NCBI GenBank assembly: GCA_046259695.1
Contig: JBJYWX010000209.1
Coordinates: 1 to 44,733 of the forward strand
Length of the DNA: 44,733 nt
Direction: 5' to 3'
From: Candidatus Promineifilaceae bacterium
Lineage (GTDB): Bacteria; Chloroflexota; Anaerolineae; Promineifilales; Promineifilaceae
Numbering within the stretch: the first letter of the stretch is position 1; each line of letters starts with the position of its first letter. Position numbers and translations under genes: made by a program. The notes beneath the pieces are model-generated. The model was given only the letters and a program-made list of their open reading frames with translations. It was not told the origin of the DNA and searched no databases. Shown here in pieces: positions 15,314 through 24,970 of the stretch.

Positions 15314-16204
15314 CTAGCCCTTCACGGCGCCGGTCGTCAAACCACCCACAATATAATCCTGTAAGAACAAGTAAAGCACAACAATGGGGATAGCGGCAAT
15401 GACCGCACCCGCGCAAAAGACGCCCCACCTCGTGGCAAACTGGTTCGACTGGAGCTGGTAAAGACCGACCATCACCGTAAAGCTATCAACGCTCTTCAGC
15501 AGAACGCGGGCCAGGAGAAATTCGCTGTACGTGGCGATAAACGTCAATAAGCCCACCACAACAACCACCGGCCTTACCAGGGGAAAGATCAGCTGCCAGA
15601 AAGTCTGCCAATGCGTGGCGCCATCGACCATGGCCGACTCATCGATATCGATCGGCACTGTGTCAAAAAAGCCCTTCATAAGCCAGATATTGATGCCCAT
15701 GGCCCCACCCAGGTAGACGAACCCCAGGCCGGTCAACGTATTCAGTCCCAGGAATGGGATTTGGGCGCCTAGCTGCTGGACCAGGGCGAAAATGGCCACC
15801 ATAGCCAGTATGGCGGGAAATACCTGGATCAGCAGGATTCCTTTCAGCATCGAATCACGGCCTTTGAACCGGAAACGCGAAAAGGCAAAGGCAGTTGTAG
15901 TTGTGATCAGGACAGAAATGATGGTCACCGAAATGGACACCGCCAGCGAATTAAACATCCACTGCGTATACTTCAGATCGGGCGCCGAGAACAACTCCTG
16001 GTAGTTTTTCAAGCTGGCATTCGCCGGTATCAGCGTCGTTGCAGCCAGGTTGCCGACAGGGTTTAAAGAAGCCGAGACTGCCCAGGCTGCCGGGAACAGG
16101 GAAAAGAGGATCATCACGATGGCGATAATCATGCGGATAGCTTTGCTGATCGTCCTATTGCGCGAAGCGCTAGAAGATTTTTGAGTTTGTGTTGCAGCAG
16201 TCAT
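15314..16204 (-). CDS. Sugar ABC transporter permease (MalG-like, CUT1 family)
   Basis: Six TM segments. EAA loop IDESAMVDGATHWQTFWQLIFPLVRP. The start is 1 nt after the upstream permease stop (TAACATG). Confidence 0.85.
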   Translation of the reverse strand: MTAATQTQKSSSASRNRTISKAIRMIIAIVMILFSLFPAAWAVSASLNPVGNLAATTLIPANASLKNYQELFSAPDLKYTQWMFNSLAVSISVTIISVLITTTTAFAFSRFRFKGRDSMLKGILLIQVFPAILAMVAIFALVQQLGAQIPFLGLNTLTGLGFVYLGGAMGINIWLMKGFFDTVPIDIDESAMVDGATHWQTFWQLIFPLVRPVVVVVGLLTFIATYSEFLLARVLLKSVDSFTVMVGLYQLQSNQFATRWGVFCAGAVIAAIPIVVLYLFLQDYIVGGLTTGAVKG

Positions 16205-16205
16205 G

Positions 16206-17792
16206 TTACGATGCCTCCTCCCACATGTTGGTATAGCGGAACTGGAATAAGGTGATCAAGATCACTACAAAGAAAATGATAATGCTAATCGCGGCGGCAA
16301 AGCCAAAATCTGCGCCGCGCGATCCGGCAAAGGCCAATTTATAGACATAACTAATCAATATGTCCGTGTGGCCAATGGGCGTTGTTGCTCCAGCAATAGG
16401 CGGGCCGCCGGAGTTATAGAGATAGATGACGTTAAAGTTGTTGAAGTTAAACACATAGGAAGCAACCAACAAAGGTCCTACCGCCACCAGGAGCAAGGGC
16501 ATCGTTAACTGCCAGAATTTCTGCCAGGCGTTCGCGCCATCGACATCAGCGGCGCTGTAAATGTCACTGGGGATACCTTGCAATGCACCGCTGCAGACCA
16601 GCATGAAATAAGGGTAACCCAACCACAGGTTGACGATAAGGATACCAACCTTGGCCCAAAAAGGACTCTGCATCCAGGAGGGAGAAGAGCCAAACAGGCT
16701 AACAAGTGTAGTATAGATAACCCCGACCGGTTCGAGGAACATGCCTCGCCAGATAAGGATAGTTACCAGACTGGGAATGGTATAGGGGATGATCAGTAAG
16801 GAACGGATGACTTTCTGGCCGGGTAAATCATTAAAAAGTAGAGCCGTGAACAAACCCAAGAAGAATGTGGTTAATACCGTTAAGAACGGAAAGATGAAAT
16901 TCCAGATCGTCACACTTAGGAGCGGCAGGGCGATGGCCGAGCTGCTGAAAAAGCGTGTGAAGTTACTTAGCCCGACGCCCACCCAGAAGCCGCCTGGAAG
17001 GGTTGAGCCATCAGGAGCCGTCCAAGTACCCTGGATAGGTGTATAAACAGTCCCCGTAAGCGAATCTACCATAACATTCTGTTCTGGATCATAAACGTAA
17101 CGCTGAACCGTACCTGCAGCGCTGTCCAGGTTCTGGATACGTACGATGTCTTCACCCTCGCCAAAATCAATGGCGCCGAGCTGGTCAATAATGGGCAGGG
17201 TCTGAAGGCGCGCAAGGCGATTGTATCCTTCCAATGCTTCAGGGATGCCATTTTCGTCAAGCGGCCCATACTCCTCCGGATTGGTCACAACCTGCAGCGC
17301 TTCACCGGGCCTGGCGATGACCGTGTCGCCTGCTTCGTTCATTAGCCATAGAGCAAAATCGCCATCGGGTGTCTGGAAAGCCGTCCAGCTATAAGTCGCG
17401 CCGGTCTCAGGCAAATAGGTCTGTCGCTCCAAGGTGTCAATTGACTGCTGTTCGGTCAGTAGGTGACCATCGCCATAATTTGTCAGGGAGATCCAGAATG
17501 TATAGAGGATGGGATACACAGATAATAGGGCCATGATCGACAGGCCGATTGCCATCCAGCGTAAGGGATACATACCTTTTAGCAAAAACACGACATTGAC
17601 AAAGATAGTTATCAGGCCGATCATTATCGCCAGGGGCCAGTAACCATCGTCAACTAGATTATAGATTAGCCAGACTGCCATCACATCGAAAATGGCCAGC
17701 AAGATCAGCCTCACCGCCATACCGCTCACGGTGGCTGAAGGCTGGCTTTGTGGCATTTGGTCAGGCGTCGCTGTTGCCGCCGAACTGCTCAT
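16206..17792 (-). CDS. Sugar ABC transporter permease (MalF-like, with large extracytoplasmic loop)
   Basis: EAA loop SDIYSAADVDGANAWQKFWQLTMPLL. A soluble insertion of about 150 aa between early TM helices is analogous to the MalF P2 loop. Confidence 0.85.
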   Translation of the reverse strand: MSSSAATATPDQMPQSQPSATVSGMAVRLILLAIFDVMAVWLIYNLVDDGYWPLAIMIGLITIFVNVVFLLKGMYPLRWMAIGLSIMALLSVYPILYTFWISLTNYGDGHLLTEQQSIDTLERQTYLPETGATYSWTAFQTPDGDFALWLMNEAGDTVIARPGEALQVVTNPEEYGPLDENGIPEALEGYNRLARLQTLPIIDQLGAIDFGEGEDIVRIQNLDSAAGTVQRYVYDPEQNVMVDSLTGTVYTPIQGTWTAPDGSTLPGGFWVGVGLSNFTRFFSSSAIALPLLSVTIWNFIFPFLTVLTTFFLGLFTALLFNDLPGQKVIRSLLIIPYTIPSLVTILIWRGMFLEPVGVIYTTLVSLFGSSPSWMQSPFWAKVGILIVNLWLGYPYFMLVCSGALQGIPSDIYSAADVDGANAWQKFWQLTMPLLLVAVGPLLVASYVFNFNNFNVIYLYNSGGPPIAGATTPIGHTDILISYVYKLAFAGSRGADFGFAAAISIIIFFVVILITLFQFRYTNMWEEAS

Positions 17793-17818
17793 AGTGTCCT
17801 CCTACCATAATATGGACA

Positions 17819-17853
17819 AAAGCCGAGGTAAGGCCTTCGCCCACCTCGGCTTT
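17819..17853 (-). terminator. Intercistronic hairpin / partial terminator between the binding-protein and permease genes
   Basis: Perfect 11-bp stem AAAGCCGAGGT / ACCTCGGCTTT with a 13-nt loop. On the minus-strand RNA it is followed by a U-run (UUUUG). Confidence 0.5.
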
Positions 17854-17896
17854 GTCGCATTAAATTGTTGAACTACTATTTACTGGCAGAATTATG

Positions 17897-19297
17897 TCAT
17901 TCACCAGCAATCGCTTCGCGAATCTGATTGGCCGCATTGGTGAGCGTCTCCTCTACGGGCTCATCATTGAGAATCAGCTGCAAGCCGTCCTGCCATGAAC
18001 CCCAGACAGCGCCCATCTGTGGAATGGCGGGCATGGGTTGGGCATTTTCACCGGCGACACCGAAAGCAGCCAGGTATGGATTGTCCACCTTTTCCAGCGT
18101 AGGAATCCATGCCGGAATCCGGGGATCGAGTTCGAACAGTTGGTCCATCACCTCATCCGTGGCCACGAGTTCCGTCAGGAAGGTCTGTGCCAGGAGCACG
18201 TTGTCGCCCTGTGCATTGACCAAGAATCCCTGCGCGCCAAGGAAGGGAGCGCCGGGGCCCGCAGGACCGGCAGGAACCGGATCGACCGCGAAGTTGATAC
18301 CCGCCTCTTCGTATTCACCCAGCGACCAGGGGCCGTTGAGGATAAAAGGAATCTTACCTTCGGCAAAGAGCGCGTTGGCGGTAGCGTAATCGATCGTGGT
18401 CGAGATGTAGCCATCGTCGGCCGCCTGCTGCAGCCAATCACCAAAAGCGATGAAGCCAGGGCTGTCCAGACCAACATCATCGGGCAGGTAGTTACCGTCC
18501 GCATCCTGGCCAAAGAGATAACCGCCAAAAGCGGTATGCATGCCATGGCTGGCATACTGGCTCGGAATCACGGTAATGTTCTCAACCGTACCGTCCGCTA
18601 CCAGCTGGCTGCCTACCTCAATGAATTCATCCCAGGTTTCTACAGGCTCGGGGACGAGATCGACGTTGCGATAGAGAGCCACGTTCTCGGTCATGAACGG
18701 CAGGGCATATAACTGGCTGTTGTAGTTAAAGGCCTGCAGCGCGACGGGCGTGATGTCGTCCGCCTTGGCGCCCAAGTCTAGCGGGGCAACCAGGCCGCCT
18801 TCAACAAGCTGTCCGATCTGGTCATGGGCCGTAACGAAAATATCGGGCCCTTCACCGGCCGGAATCGCCACACGCGTCTGCTCAAGCATGTCCTGGATCT
18901 GCACCTGTTCCAGAACCACTTCAACACCGGCCGTTTCGGCGAAATCATCGACCAATGTTTCCAACACAGGGATGGCTTTTTCGTGGGCCCAAATGGTCAA
19001 CGTGGCAGACGTTTCCGCAGGCGCGGACTCTTCGGCCATTTCCGGCTCGGCGGTCGGCTCTTCCATGGTTTCGGCCGTCGGCTCTTCCATCATCTCTTCG
19101 GTTGGCTCGGCAGTTGGCTCTTCCATAGCCTCTTCAACCTCTGCCGCCGCCTCATCAACGGCCTCGGCCGCCTGGTCTACCGCTTCCGCTGCCTGGTCGG
19201 CAGCTTGTTCGGCCGGCTGTGTTCCACCACAGGCGCTAAGTACCAGAGCGCCTAGGAGCAGAACAACTACGATAAGAAAGAATTTGTTGGATTTCAT
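17897..19297 (-). CDS. Extracellular solute-binding lipoprotein (MalE-like, CUT1 sugar ABC) with acidic repeat linker
   Basis: SD GAGGAG. Lipobox LGALVLSAC. Low-complexity acidic tether AEAVDQAAEAVDEAAAEVEEAMEEPTAEPTEEMMEEPTAETMEEPTAEPEMAEE (about 19027..19200). The SBP_bac_1-like body follows (LTIWAHEK...PFILNGPW...). Confidence 0.8.
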   Translation of the reverse strand: MKSNKFFLIVVVLLLGALVLSACGGTQPAEQAADQAAEAVDQAAEAVDEAAAEVEEAMEEPTAEPTEEMMEEPTAETMEEPTAEPEMAEESAPAETSATLTIWAHEKAIPVLETLVDDFAETAGVEVVLEQVQIQDMLEQTRVAIPAGEGPDIFVTAHDQIGQLVEGGLVAPLDLGAKADDITPVALQAFNYNSQLYALPFMTENVALYRNVDLVPEPVETWDEFIEVGSQLVADGTVENITVIPSQYASHGMHTAFGGYLFGQDADGNYLPDDVGLDSPGFIAFGDWLQQAADDGYISTTIDYATANALFAEGKIPFILNGPWSLGEYEEAGINFAVDPVPAGPAGPGAPFLGAQGFLVNAQGDNVLLAQTFLTELVATDEVMDQLFELDPRIPAWIPTLEKVDNPYLAAFGVAGENAQPMPAIPQMGAVWGSWQDGLQLILNDEPVEETLTNAANQIREAIAGE

Positions 19298-19566
19298 CTA
19301 TCTCCTCACATTTTGTTAGTAACGAAATCGGGTAAGAAACAGAGCCTCACAAAGTTGTCAATACACGTATGGCATCACCTCCGCTAGCAGAATCGGCGTA
19401 CTATCTCCCGTCTGAAGATAGTCTAGAGATAGGCTAATTGTAAAATACAACACGCGTAATGCCAACCCGTTCCAAATAAGCAGCCAGTCGGAAGAGGAAC
19501 CGAAAAGGCTCTATCGGACCACAATCTTACTTCCCCACTCCTGGCTGCCATTGAGAAGAAGCGCCC

Positions 19567-21600
19567 TTACCTGTTCTTAGGCTGTCTGAGGACGCGAAAA
19601 CCATACCCGTCAAGCGTGATTTCGCCGTGCAGATCGGCGCCCGAAAACAACCCCATGCCCGCAGAGTCCCCCAGTACCACCGTCTGTGGGTAAGGTTCAA
19701 AGTTGAGCAAGAAAAGATACGCCTGCTCCGCATTTGACCGTACCTGGGCTGTTACACCGCGAGGCAACGGCCGCCCCAACGCAGGCTCGAGCCGCGTTAT
19801 TTGCGCCAGCCAGCCATAGAAGTCAGCCAGAAAAGAATCCTCCAATCTGGCTCCCAGGTAATAGGCCCGGCCCGCGCCAAACTGATTAACGGTCACGGCC
19901 GGTGAGCCGGCATAAAAATCATGGTCGTAACTCCCCAATGCCTCGGCGCCGGATAAATGTAGAATATCGGCATACTGCCTGACAGTGTAGGGCCTCGTGG
20001 GCAAGCCGCCTTCGCCCATACGAATTGTCTGCCGCTGGTGCTCAAATAGGGCGTCAGTCTCCTCGACCCATATGCCCAAAAGTTGCTGAAGTGGGCCGGG
20101 GGCGCCGCCCAGGAACGTAAGATCGCTCTCATTCACGAGGCCGGAGAGATAAGTCAAAACCAGCGTGCCGCCATTGCGGACATATTCGCTCAAGGCCTCG
20201 GCCACACCTTCTTGCAGCATGTACAGCATAGGTGCGGCAATCAACTTATAGGCCACAAAATCGGTGGCCGTGCTGTTGATGATGTCGGCTGTAATGCCCA
20301 TTTGCCAGAAGGGGCGGTAATGCGCCATACAGCGCTGCTGGTAATTCTTGTCAACGCTGCGTGGGAGCTGGGCCAAGTCGATCGCCCATTCATTTTGGAA
20401 GTCATAGATAATGGCCACCTCGGACTCGTTGGCCGTGTTGATCACCGGCTGCAGTTCGGCCAGCATTTCGCCCACGGCCGTTACTTCGCGAAATGTGCGT
20501 GTATTTTCGTGCCCGGCATGGCTGACCACCGCCCCATGGAATTTTTCCTCACCGCCGCGACTTTGCCGCCACTGGAAATACTGTACGCCATTGGCGCCAT
20601 GGGCGACCGCCTGCAGTGCAGCCAACTCGTGCATGCCGGGTCTCTTGGGGCGGCTAATGCCCTGCCAGTTGGTAACACTGGGCGTCGATTCGATAAGCAG
20701 AAAGGGCCGGCCTTTGTAGGAACGATGCAGATCATGTATGAAAGCGGTGGCCACGGCCGTTCCCACGTCATCAGCCTCGCTGTGCCAGCGCGGATAACTA
20801 TCCCATGAAATCACATCCAGATGCGGCGCAAAAGCCCAGTAATCCAGGCCCACATCTGGAAGCATAAAATTAGTCGTTACAGGAATTGCAGGGGCAAAAG
20901 CGCGTAGAGGCTCAATTTCCGCCCGGCAGAAATCCAACACCTGGCCACTGACGAAGCGCCGCCAATCCAGCATCAGGCCGTGAATGGAAGGGTCCACCGG
21001 CTCAATTTGCGACCAATCTGTATAACGATGGCTCCAGAATGTTGTCCACCAGGCCCTGTTAAGGGTTTCCAGCGACCCATAGCGGTTCTCCAGCCATGCC
21101 CTGAATGCCCCTAGACAAAGATCGCAGCGGCAGCCATTATTGCCATATTCATTTGAGATGTGCCACAGAAGCAGCGCCGGATGATTCGCGTACCGTTGGG
21201 CAAGGAGCGTATTGATCTGGCGCACTTTGGCCCTGTAAATGGGCGACGTGGGGCAGTGGTTGTGGCGGAGGCGGTGCGGCTGGCGGCCGTGCTCGTCAAC
21301 AACCCTCACCTCCGGATATTTGTGACCCATCCACGCGGGCCTCGCCCCGCTGGGCGTTGCCAGGATAGCCCACAGCCCGTTCCCTGCCAGCCGATCCATC
21401 AGTTCGTCCAGCCACTCAAATTCGAATTGATCTTCTGCGGGTTCCAGCATCGCCCAGGAGAAGATACCCACGCTCATCACATTGCAGCGGGCAGCTTTCA
21501 TCAATGCAAAATCGCGCTCTAGAATCTCCGGCATATCGAGCCACTGCTCGTAGTTGTAATCTGCACCATGCAGCATTTTCTGAGGATCGAATTGGGCCAT
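19567..21600 (-). CDS. GH42 beta-galactosidase
   Basis: N-terminus MLHGADYNYEQW, acid/base WHISNEYG, trimerisation and C-terminal domains, 677 aa. A typical GH42 layout. Confidence 0.8.
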   Translation of the reverse strand: MAQFDPQKMLHGADYNYEQWLDMPEILERDFALMKAARCNVMSVGIFSWAMLEPAEDQFEFEWLDELMDRLAGNGLWAILATPSGARPAWMGHKYPEVRVVDEHGRQPHRLRHNHCPTSPIYRAKVRQINTLLAQRYANHPALLLWHISNEYGNNGCRCDLCLGAFRAWLENRYGSLETLNRAWWTTFWSHRYTDWSQIEPVDPSIHGLMLDWRRFVSGQVLDFCRAEIEPLRAFAPAIPVTTNFMLPDVGLDYWAFAPHLDVISWDSYPRWHSEADDVGTAVATAFIHDLHRSYKGRPFLLIESTPSVTNWQGISRPKRPGMHELAALQAVAHGANGVQYFQWRQSRGGEEKFHGAVVSHAGHENTRTFREVTAVGEMLAELQPVINTANESEVAIIYDFQNEWAIDLAQLPRSVDKNYQQRCMAHYRPFWQMGITADIINSTATDFVAYKLIAAPMLYMLQEGVAEALSEYVRNGGTLVLTYLSGLVNESDLTFLGGAPGPLQQLLGIWVEETDALFEHQRQTIRMGEGGLPTRPYTVRQYADILHLSGAEALGSYDHDFYAGSPAVTVNQFGAGRAYYLGARLEDSFLADFYGWLAQITRLEPALGRPLPRGVTAQVRSNAEQAYLFLLNFEPYPQTVVLGDSAGMGLFSGADLHGEITLDGYGFRVLRQPKNR

Positions 21601-21651
21601 GATTCTGGATACTCCTTGCGTTTACAATACAGTTCCTGAAGAACAAACGAC

Positions 21652-23475
21652 CTAAGCGGGCGATACCCGCCACAATCCGAATCCCGCGCCGGAGCCGGAA
21701 AAAGTAACCATACCGTCGCCGTCCGCGTGCAGGTCAACGCTGCCCACAAGTCCCTCAAGCTCCGAGCCAACGACCGTGGCGGGAATCCGAATTGGCGGGT
21801 GGCCGGCGCGAGCAGCATAAACAAGCACCATTTCAGCGGGGGATTCGCGCAGGAAAAGGAGCGCGTTTTCTTCTATGGCTATCCAGCGCAGCCCGCCGCG
21901 GCGCAGTGCCATGCTGGTATCGCGAAAGTTAAAGAGAGTGCGCGTGGCGGCCAGCCGCTGCCTATCCCAGCGTTCGGGATGGTCCCAGGGCATGGGGATC
22001 CGCGCATACTCCGGGCCCATAGCTTCTAAGCCTATCTCATCGCCGGCATAAATCATGGGTATGCCTGGATAGGCGGCGAGCATAGCGAAAGCCACATCAA
22101 CCAATCGCCGGTCTCCGAGCAACGAAATCACGCGATGCGTATCGTGGGACCCGATAAGGTTCATGGCGTGGAGTGTGCCCTGCCAGGGTGTCACACCTGA
22201 TAATTCACGCATCGCGGCTACGATCAATGGTCCTGGGAGATTAGGAAGCATGGGATACTTGCCGTGCGCATAAGGTCGCGGCTGCGGAGGGAGTAGCCAC
22301 TGCCACAGCGGCCGCGTAAAGGCGGCATAGTTCATCGTACCGTGGTAACCATCTCCGAGCAGGGCACGGCTGGCATCGTGATTGGACTCCGCCTGCAAGA
22401 ACGATTCGCTAATAGTCGCCGCCATTGTGCGGCGGATGGTCGTCGCCACGTCATGGCTGACATCAATATCGCCATGAATGCCAGTCATGTTGGCCACGTC
22501 AATGCGCCAGGAATCCAGCGCATGTGGGCCGAGCCATTTAGCAACCACTGAATCCGGGCCGTCGTACAATCTGCGGCGCAGTTCGACGCTGCGATGGTCA
22601 AAGATGGGCATCTCCCGCATGCCCCACCATGCGTCGTAAGCGTCAGGATGATCGGTGAAAAAGAAAAAGTCTGCTTCTGCCGATCGCGCATCGGCAACGG
22701 CCGCCTGGAACCATTCATGGCTGTCACCACAATGGTTGGTCGTCAAATCCCCCATCAGGTGCATCCCCAGCGCGTGCGCGGCGCCGGCTAATCGTGCCAG
22801 CGCTTCATCACCACCAAGGAGGGGATCAACCATATCAAAGCTGGAAGCGTTGTAACGATGGTTTGAACTGGCGGGAAAGAATGGCGTAAGGTAAATCGTC
22901 CCTACCCCAAGCGATCGGATGTAATCCAGATGTTCTGTAATACCGTCTAGGTCACCCCCATAATATTGGCGCGGTGTATCCGGACCCTCTCCAATTACGG
23001 GATCATCCCATTCTGCGGGAACCGACCAATCCGGCGCGGGGCGCTCTTTCGATTTTGCGAAGCGGTCCGGAAAAATCTGATACATGGTCCGTGTTGCCCA
23101 TTTGGGCGGCGGCTCGAAACTACTGAGACGAAAATCCGCGGCATCAGCCACATCATGGTCCTGCAGGCCGATGCCATTCAACCATTGGTAACTATGTTCA
23201 CCGCCATCAAGCAACCAGCGATAGCTTACGACCGGATTGACCACGGGCAGATCGGCGCGTAACCATGTGTCGCGCTGGTCTTGGCGGTCTAACGTCGTTT
23301 GAACTAGCTCGGGTTCGCCGTCCACAAGCACGCGTACCCAGGCCCGGGTCACGTCACTCGCACGCGGTACGCGCAGAAAGACGGTGACCTTCCTTCCAGG
23401 CCGGAGATGCGGGTCGGGGACATAAGTCTCCGAGCCATCGTGATGGGGTTGATTATAGGGGTAGTCGTCCGCCAT
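21652..23475 (-). CDS. GH13 alpha-amylase-family enzyme (maltodextrin glucosidase / neopullulanase-like, cytoplasmic)
   Basis: No signal peptide. N-terminal beta-domain, then YQIFPDRFA. GH13 regions GDLTTNHCG (I), SWRIDVANM (II), QAESNHD (III) and LIGSHDTHR (IV). Confidence 0.8.
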   Translation of the reverse strand: MADDYPYNQPHHDGSETYVPDPHLRPGRKVTVFLRVPRASDVTRAWVRVLVDGEPELVQTTLDRQDQRDTWLRADLPVVNPVVSYRWLLDGGEHSYQWLNGIGLQDHDVADAADFRLSSFEPPPKWATRTMYQIFPDRFAKSKERPAPDWSVPAEWDDPVIGEGPDTPRQYYGGDLDGITEHLDYIRSLGVGTIYLTPFFPASSNHRYNASSFDMVDPLLGGDEALARLAGAAHALGMHLMGDLTTNHCGDSHEWFQAAVADARSAEADFFFFTDHPDAYDAWWGMREMPIFDHRSVELRRRLYDGPDSVVAKWLGPHALDSWRIDVANMTGIHGDIDVSHDVATTIRRTMAATISESFLQAESNHDASRALLGDGYHGTMNYAAFTRPLWQWLLPPQPRPYAHGKYPMLPNLPGPLIVAAMRELSGVTPWQGTLHAMNLIGSHDTHRVISLLGDRRLVDVAFAMLAAYPGIPMIYAGDEIGLEAMGPEYARIPMPWDHPERWDRQRLAATRTLFNFRDTSMALRRGGLRWIAIEENALLFLRESPAEMVLVYAARAGHPPIRIPATVVGSELEGLVGSVDLHADGDGMVTFSGSGAGFGLWRVSPA

Positions 23476-23536
23476 CTAACTCACAAAATCGCTCGCTGCT
23501 CCCTGGTCGCCTTTACCGATCATAATGTAAATGGGC

Positions 23537-23566
23537 TTACGCGCAATACCTGATTTTTGCTATACT
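23537..23566 (+). promoter_or_regulatory. Candidate promoter TTACGC-18-TATACT upstream of asnS
   Basis: The -10 TATACT is at 23561..23566 (5/6). The -35 is weak and the spacer is 18 nt. SD AGGAGAA precedes ATG 23595. Confidence 0.35.
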
Positions 23567-23594
23567 CAGCCTTCAGTTCACCCAGGAGAAAACA

Positions 23595-24932
23595 ATGAGT
23601 GAAGCATTTACGATCGAAAATGTGGCCGCGTTTGAAGGCCAACGAGTTACCCTAAAAGGATGGTTATATGCCAGCACGCGCAAAGGCAAGCTGCTCTTTG
23701 TCCGTCTGCGTGACGGCACGGGAATGATTCAGGCCGTGGCCTACCGGCCTGAAGTCGGTGACGAGCTATTCGAAACGCTCAAACGACTGGGGCAGGAATC
23801 GTCGCTTATTGTAACGGGTACAGTACGCTCCAATGATCGCGCGCCCGGCGTTCCCGGCGGTTATGAAATCGGTATTGAAGAAGCCACCGTCTTGCAGAAT
23901 ACCGAAGAGTACCCGATTACACCAAAAGATCATGGTGTCGAGTTCTTGCTCGACCGGCGCCACTTGTGGCTGCGATCCAGCCGCCAATGGGCCATCATGC
24001 GCGTCCGCGCCACGGTCAAAAAAGCTATTGTGGATTATCTCGACAGCCAGGGATTCCTGAACATTGACACGCCTATCATTACTCCGTCAGCGGCTGAGGG
24101 CACCAGTACGCTCTTTCCGGTCGACTATTTTGGCGAGCAGGCCTACCTGGCGCAGACCGGCCAACTTTACAACGAAGCGGATATCGCTGCCTTCGGCAAG
24201 GTATACTGCTTCGGACCCACTTTTCGTGCAGAGAAATCCAAGACGCGGCGGCACCTGACAGAATTCTGGATGGTCGAGCCGGAGATGGCCTTCTACGATC
24301 TGGACGATCTAATGGACTTTGAAGAAGCGTTTGTGAGCTATATTGTGCAGACAACGCTGGCGGAGAGAAGGCCAGAACTCGAGGTGCTGGAGCGAGATGT
24401 CACCGCGCTGGAAAAAGTAAGCCCACCGTTCCCACGCATCAGCTATGACGAGGCCCTGGAACGCCTGTTAGCGATTCGCGAGGCCGCCGAGGATCCGCTG
24501 TTAAAGGAAGAACTTGCCATCGAGTGGGGCAGCGATTTTGGTTCGCCCCACGAAACAGAATTGACCAAACAGTTTGACAAGCCGGTCTTTGTCTACGGCT
24601 ATCCGACGCAGGTCAAGGCTTTCTACATGGAGCCGTGGCCGGGGCGGCCAGAAATATGTAAATCCGTCGATTTGCTGGCGCCGGAGGGTTATGGCGAGAT
24701 CATCGGCGGCAGCGAGCGCATGAGTGATCCCGACCTGCTCATCTCGGCTATTGAGCGGCACCAGCTTCCGCTTGAGAACTACGAATGGTACATTGACCTG
24801 CGTCGCTTCGGTAGTGTCCCCCACAGCGGGTTCGGCCTTGGACTTGAGCGAACGGTGGCCTGGATCTGCGGCATCGATCACCTGCGTGAGGCAAGCCCTT
24901 ACCCGCGTATGTTGAACCGGATCTCGCCCTAG
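23595..24932 (+). CDS. asnS: Asparagine--tRNA ligase
   Basis: 445 aa class IIb synthetase with an N-terminal OB anticodon domain. Motif 2 region [24 protein letters not shown] and motif 3 [10 protein letters not shown]. Length and motif 2 favour AsnRS over AspRS. Confidence 0.8.
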   Translation: MSEAFTIENVAAFEGQRVTLKGWLYASTRKGKLLFVRLRDGTGMIQAVAYRPEVGDELFETLKRLGQESSLIVTGTVRSNDRAPGVPGGYEIGIEEATVLQNTEEYPITPKDHGVEFLLDRRHLWLRSSRQWAIMRVRATVKKAIVDYLDSQGFLNIDTPIITPSAAEGTSTLFPVDYFGEQAYLAQTGQLYNEADIAAFGKVYCFGPTFRAEKSKTRRHLTEFWMVEPEMAFYDLDDLMDFEEAFVSYIVQTTLAERRPELEVLERDVTALEKVSPPFPRISYDEALERLLAIREAAEDPLLKEELAIEWGSDFGSPHETELTKQFDKPVFVYGYPTQVKAFYMEPWPGRPEICKSVDLLAPEGYGEIIGGSERMSDPDLLISAIERHQLPLENYEWYIDLRRFGSVPHSGFGLGLERTVAWICGIDHLREASPYPRMLNRISP

Positions 24933-24970
24933 ACATCGTCGTCGTTGAGGCTGCGGCTGAGCGGCCATTG

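Noticed and set aside
19567-21600. GH42 beta-galactosidase as evidence of a horizontally acquired insertion in the glucan locus
   Set aside because: No flanking repeats, mobility genes or obvious compositional break are visible by eye. It is reported only as a functional oddity.
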